Source: Glaucostegus cemiculus (taxonomy: Eukaryota). Taken from it: 64,000 bases of DNA. Below the pieces are notes generated by a model. It did not search any database. It had not been told where the DNA came from and worked only from the letters and a program-made list of their open reading frames with translations. Both the position numbers and the translations under genes were made by a program. The DNA lies in the NCBI GenBank assembly GCA_976551045.1, contig CDPCPM010000377.1:1798001-1862000 (forward strand). The letters are read 5' to 3'. Every line of letters starts with the position of its first letter. Within the stretch, counting starts at the first letter, position 1. Shown here piece after piece: positions 36,851 to 64,000 of the stretch.

Positions 36851-37801
36851 GACAGACATAAAATGGACAGGTGTGGGCGTGGTGAGCTCGCTCTATGACC
36901 ACACACACACAGCTTAGTCACACTGGGGTCCCTCCTTTCCCATTTTATCCTCTCAAGTTCAGCAGCTCCAGAGTCAAACTGGAAAAGTTCACCCTCCGAA
37001 TGTCCCAATGGGCCTCAACCCACCGGTCAGGTCCCAAGGCAGGTTCTGATCTCTGGAACCATTAGACGAAGGGGTGCCTCATTCCCAGTCCGTGCATCGC
37101 GGATCTGCAAGTCCTGGGCTCCATTCGCAGAGACCCCAGCCAGAGGTAGCAGACAGAGCTGGCCTTTGACCCTGACCCTCAGGCGGGCGTCAGCCTGAGC
37201 TGGCTCCTCCCTGCCCCAGGCAGGGGCAGAGTGCTGCCGAGGGGAGGAGGCATACAGCAGGGTGAGGGACCAGGCCTGAGGTTGGATCGTTCCGTCCCAG
37301 CACCTCCTCGTCCTGGAATCAAACCCGTGCTGTCCTGTGCTGAGAGGCGAGGTAGCCGGAGGGAGCGAGGGAGGAGACCCGCAAGTCCCCAATCCCCAGA
37401 GAACAAGAGGCTTGTCTGCATCTGCAAGCCAGAGGCCTCAATCCGATGCCCACGCTCCGTCCGGCCCTCGAGAAGGGTGGGCCCAGTCTTCACGGCGATG
37501 ACGGGTTCTCCTGAGGGGTGGAGCTGGTAGAACCAGGACTCGGGACGGTTTGGGTGGGGGGAATTGATGGGCGTGTCTTCTGTACAGTAATTACAGCAAT
37601 ATTTACCAGTGGCACTGCAGAGTCTGAGGGTGGAGACAAGAGGCGGTGCTTAGGTGGGCAGATCCCACGTGCTGTCCAGTGAGAGGGTCAGTGGTCAGTC
37701 CCCGGTCTCCGCCATGTCTCCTCGGTCTGGTTTATCTCTGGGCGGCGAGCTGTGGTGTTTCTCCTCTCTCTGCTGCACCCCGTCTGCCGCTCCTAGCGCC
37801 G

Positions 37802-62302
<24,501 letters not shown>

Positions 62303-62329
62303 GGCGCCGGCCCGGCCCCGGGGCTCTCC

Positions 62330-62740
62330 TCCCGCCGTCCGACGCTCCGGGTTCCCGCCGCCTGACCGACGGACGCCCCGGTTCCCGCCTCCTGACCGAC
62401 GGACGCTCCGGTTTCCCGCCTCCTGACCGACGGACGCTCCGGTTCCCGCCTCCTGACCGACGGACGCCCCGGTTTCCCGCCTCCTGACCGACGGACGCTC
62501 CGGTTTCCCGCCTCCTGACCGACGGACGCCCCGGTTTCCCGCCTCCTGACCGACGGACGCCCCGGTTTCCCGCCTCCTGACCGACGGACGCTCCGGTTTC
62601 CCGCCGTCTGACCGACGGACGCCCCGGTTTCCCGCCTCCTGACCGACGGACGCTCCGGTTTCCCGCCGTCTGACCGACGGACGAGCGGGTCGCCTCACAC
62701 CTGTCGTCTGACGGACGCCCCCGTTTCCCGCCGCCTACTG
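62330..62740. repeat. 30-31-bp CpG-rich minisatellite just upstream of the ASIC exon a start codon
   Basis: ctcctgaccgacggacgc(t/c)ccggtttcccgc, about 11-12 copies. Confidence 0.93.
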
Positions 62741-62984
62741 TCCGGTCCCTTCTCGCCGACCGGGTCTCCCCGCCCGCCGCCGGCTCACGGCGCTCCCTCG
62801 GGCCGCGGGAAGGACCCGTCAGTCGGGCTGCGCCGGGAACATTGACGGGGTCCGGCCCGGTCCCGCACCGGCTCCCCCGCCCCCTCCTCGTTAGTGATCG
62901 GGCCGGGTGCGCCGTGCCCACGTGATCCTGGCGCCGGCGGCCGGTAACCGGGAGGGAGAACGGGGGGAGGGGCAGAAGGGTGAG

Positions 62985-63300
62985 TGGGGGAGGGGGAGGG
63001 GGAGGGGGTGGGGGTTAGAGGGGGGGGAGGGGGTTAGAGGGGGGGAGGGGGTTAGAGAGGGGAGGGAGAGGGGGAGGGGGTTAGAGGGGGGAGGGAGAGG
63101 GGGAGGGGGTTAGAGGGGGGAGGGAGAGGGGGAGGGGGTTAGAGGGGGGAGGGAGAGGGGGAGGGGGTTAGAGAGGGGGAGGGGGTTAGAGGGGGGAGGG
63201 AGAGGGGGAGGGGGTTAGAGGGGGGAGGGAGAGGGGGAGGGGGTTAGAGAGGGGAGGGAGAGGGGGAGGGGGTTAGAGAGGGGGAGGAGAGTAGGGGAGA
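62985..63300. repeat. ~28-bp purine-rich tandem repeat
   Basis: ggggagggggttagaggggggagggaga units. Confidence 0.88.
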
Positions 63301-63479
63301 GGGGGAGGAGGAGAGAGGCTGGAGGGGGAGGGAGTGAGGGGCAGATGGGTGGGTGAGTGAGGGAGGGAGGGAGTGAGGGAGGCGAGGGGCAGAAGGGTGA
63401 GGGAGAGAGAACCCCCCCCCCCCTTGCCAAACACACACAAATAGCCACGTGTGTGCAATCTGCATCATCTTTAGCCAGG

Positions 63480-64000
63480 GGTGAGGTGCCAGAAGACTGG
63501 AGGAGAGCTAATGACTACCATTGTACCATTATTTAAGAAGGGCTGCAAGGACAATTCAGGGAACTACCAACCGGTGAGCCTGACATCAGTGGTGGGAAAG
63601 TTACTGGAGGGAATTCTAAGGGACAGGATCGACCTGCATTTGGGAAAGGCAGGGACTGATTGGGGATGATCGGTGTGGCTTTGTGTGGTTGGTGGGGTGG
63701 GGAATCTTGTCTCATGAATTTGAGTTTTCTGAAAGGAGACCAAGAGGATTGACAAGATGTTGTCAATGTTAGACTTTGGCAGGGCTGGTAACAAGATCCC
63801 ACATGGTAGGCTGGTCTGGAAGGTTAGATTACATGGGATCCAGGGTGAGCTTGCCAACTGAATACAGAATTGGTTTGGCGGCAGGAGGCAGAGGGTGGTA
63901 GTGGAGAGTGTACTGTAGAGATCAGTGCTCTGTCTACTGTTTGTCATCTATTATTGACAATTTGGATGACATTGTTAACATGGTTAGCAAGTTTGTTGAC
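63480..64000 (+). mobile_element. CR1 RT fragment running off the window
   Basis: IVPLFKKGCKDNSGNYQPVSLTSVVGKLLE. Confidence 0.85.

Noticed and set aside
62985-63300. Telomere-like GGGTTAG motifs
   Set aside because: They read GGGGGTTAGAG within a 28-bp unit, not tandem TTAGGG.

Overview
Eukaryotic, intron-rich vertebrate DNA. The repeat content (CR1 and Rex/Babar LINE fragments, a V-SINE, Tx1-type LINEs, a dispersed ~52-bp satellite) points to a cartilaginous fish, probably a ray; this is inference. Two convergent spliced genes can be rebuilt by hand with canonical GT-AG sites and consistent phases. (1) On the + strand, 13 coding exons at 685-18902 (5' end outside the window; 813 aa visible) encode an uncharacterised protein: charged helix, UBX domain, about four SHP-box-like motifs, a ZYG11/ZER1-like BC-box/Cul2-box, and a leucine-rich-repeat array. 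(2) On the - strand, a complete acid-sensing ion channel gene at 62302-37802 (asic1c/ASIC3 type) has two alternative first coding exons. One resembles ASIC1a/teleost asic1c (516-aa isoform) and the other resembles mammalian ASIC3 (502-aa isoform). Between the genes lies a 10-kb head-to-tail pair of decayed Tx1-like retrotransposons with nested insertions. Most long ORFs in the supplied track are artefacts of minisatellites or antisense LINE frames. All homology calls come from recalled sequences, not database searches.
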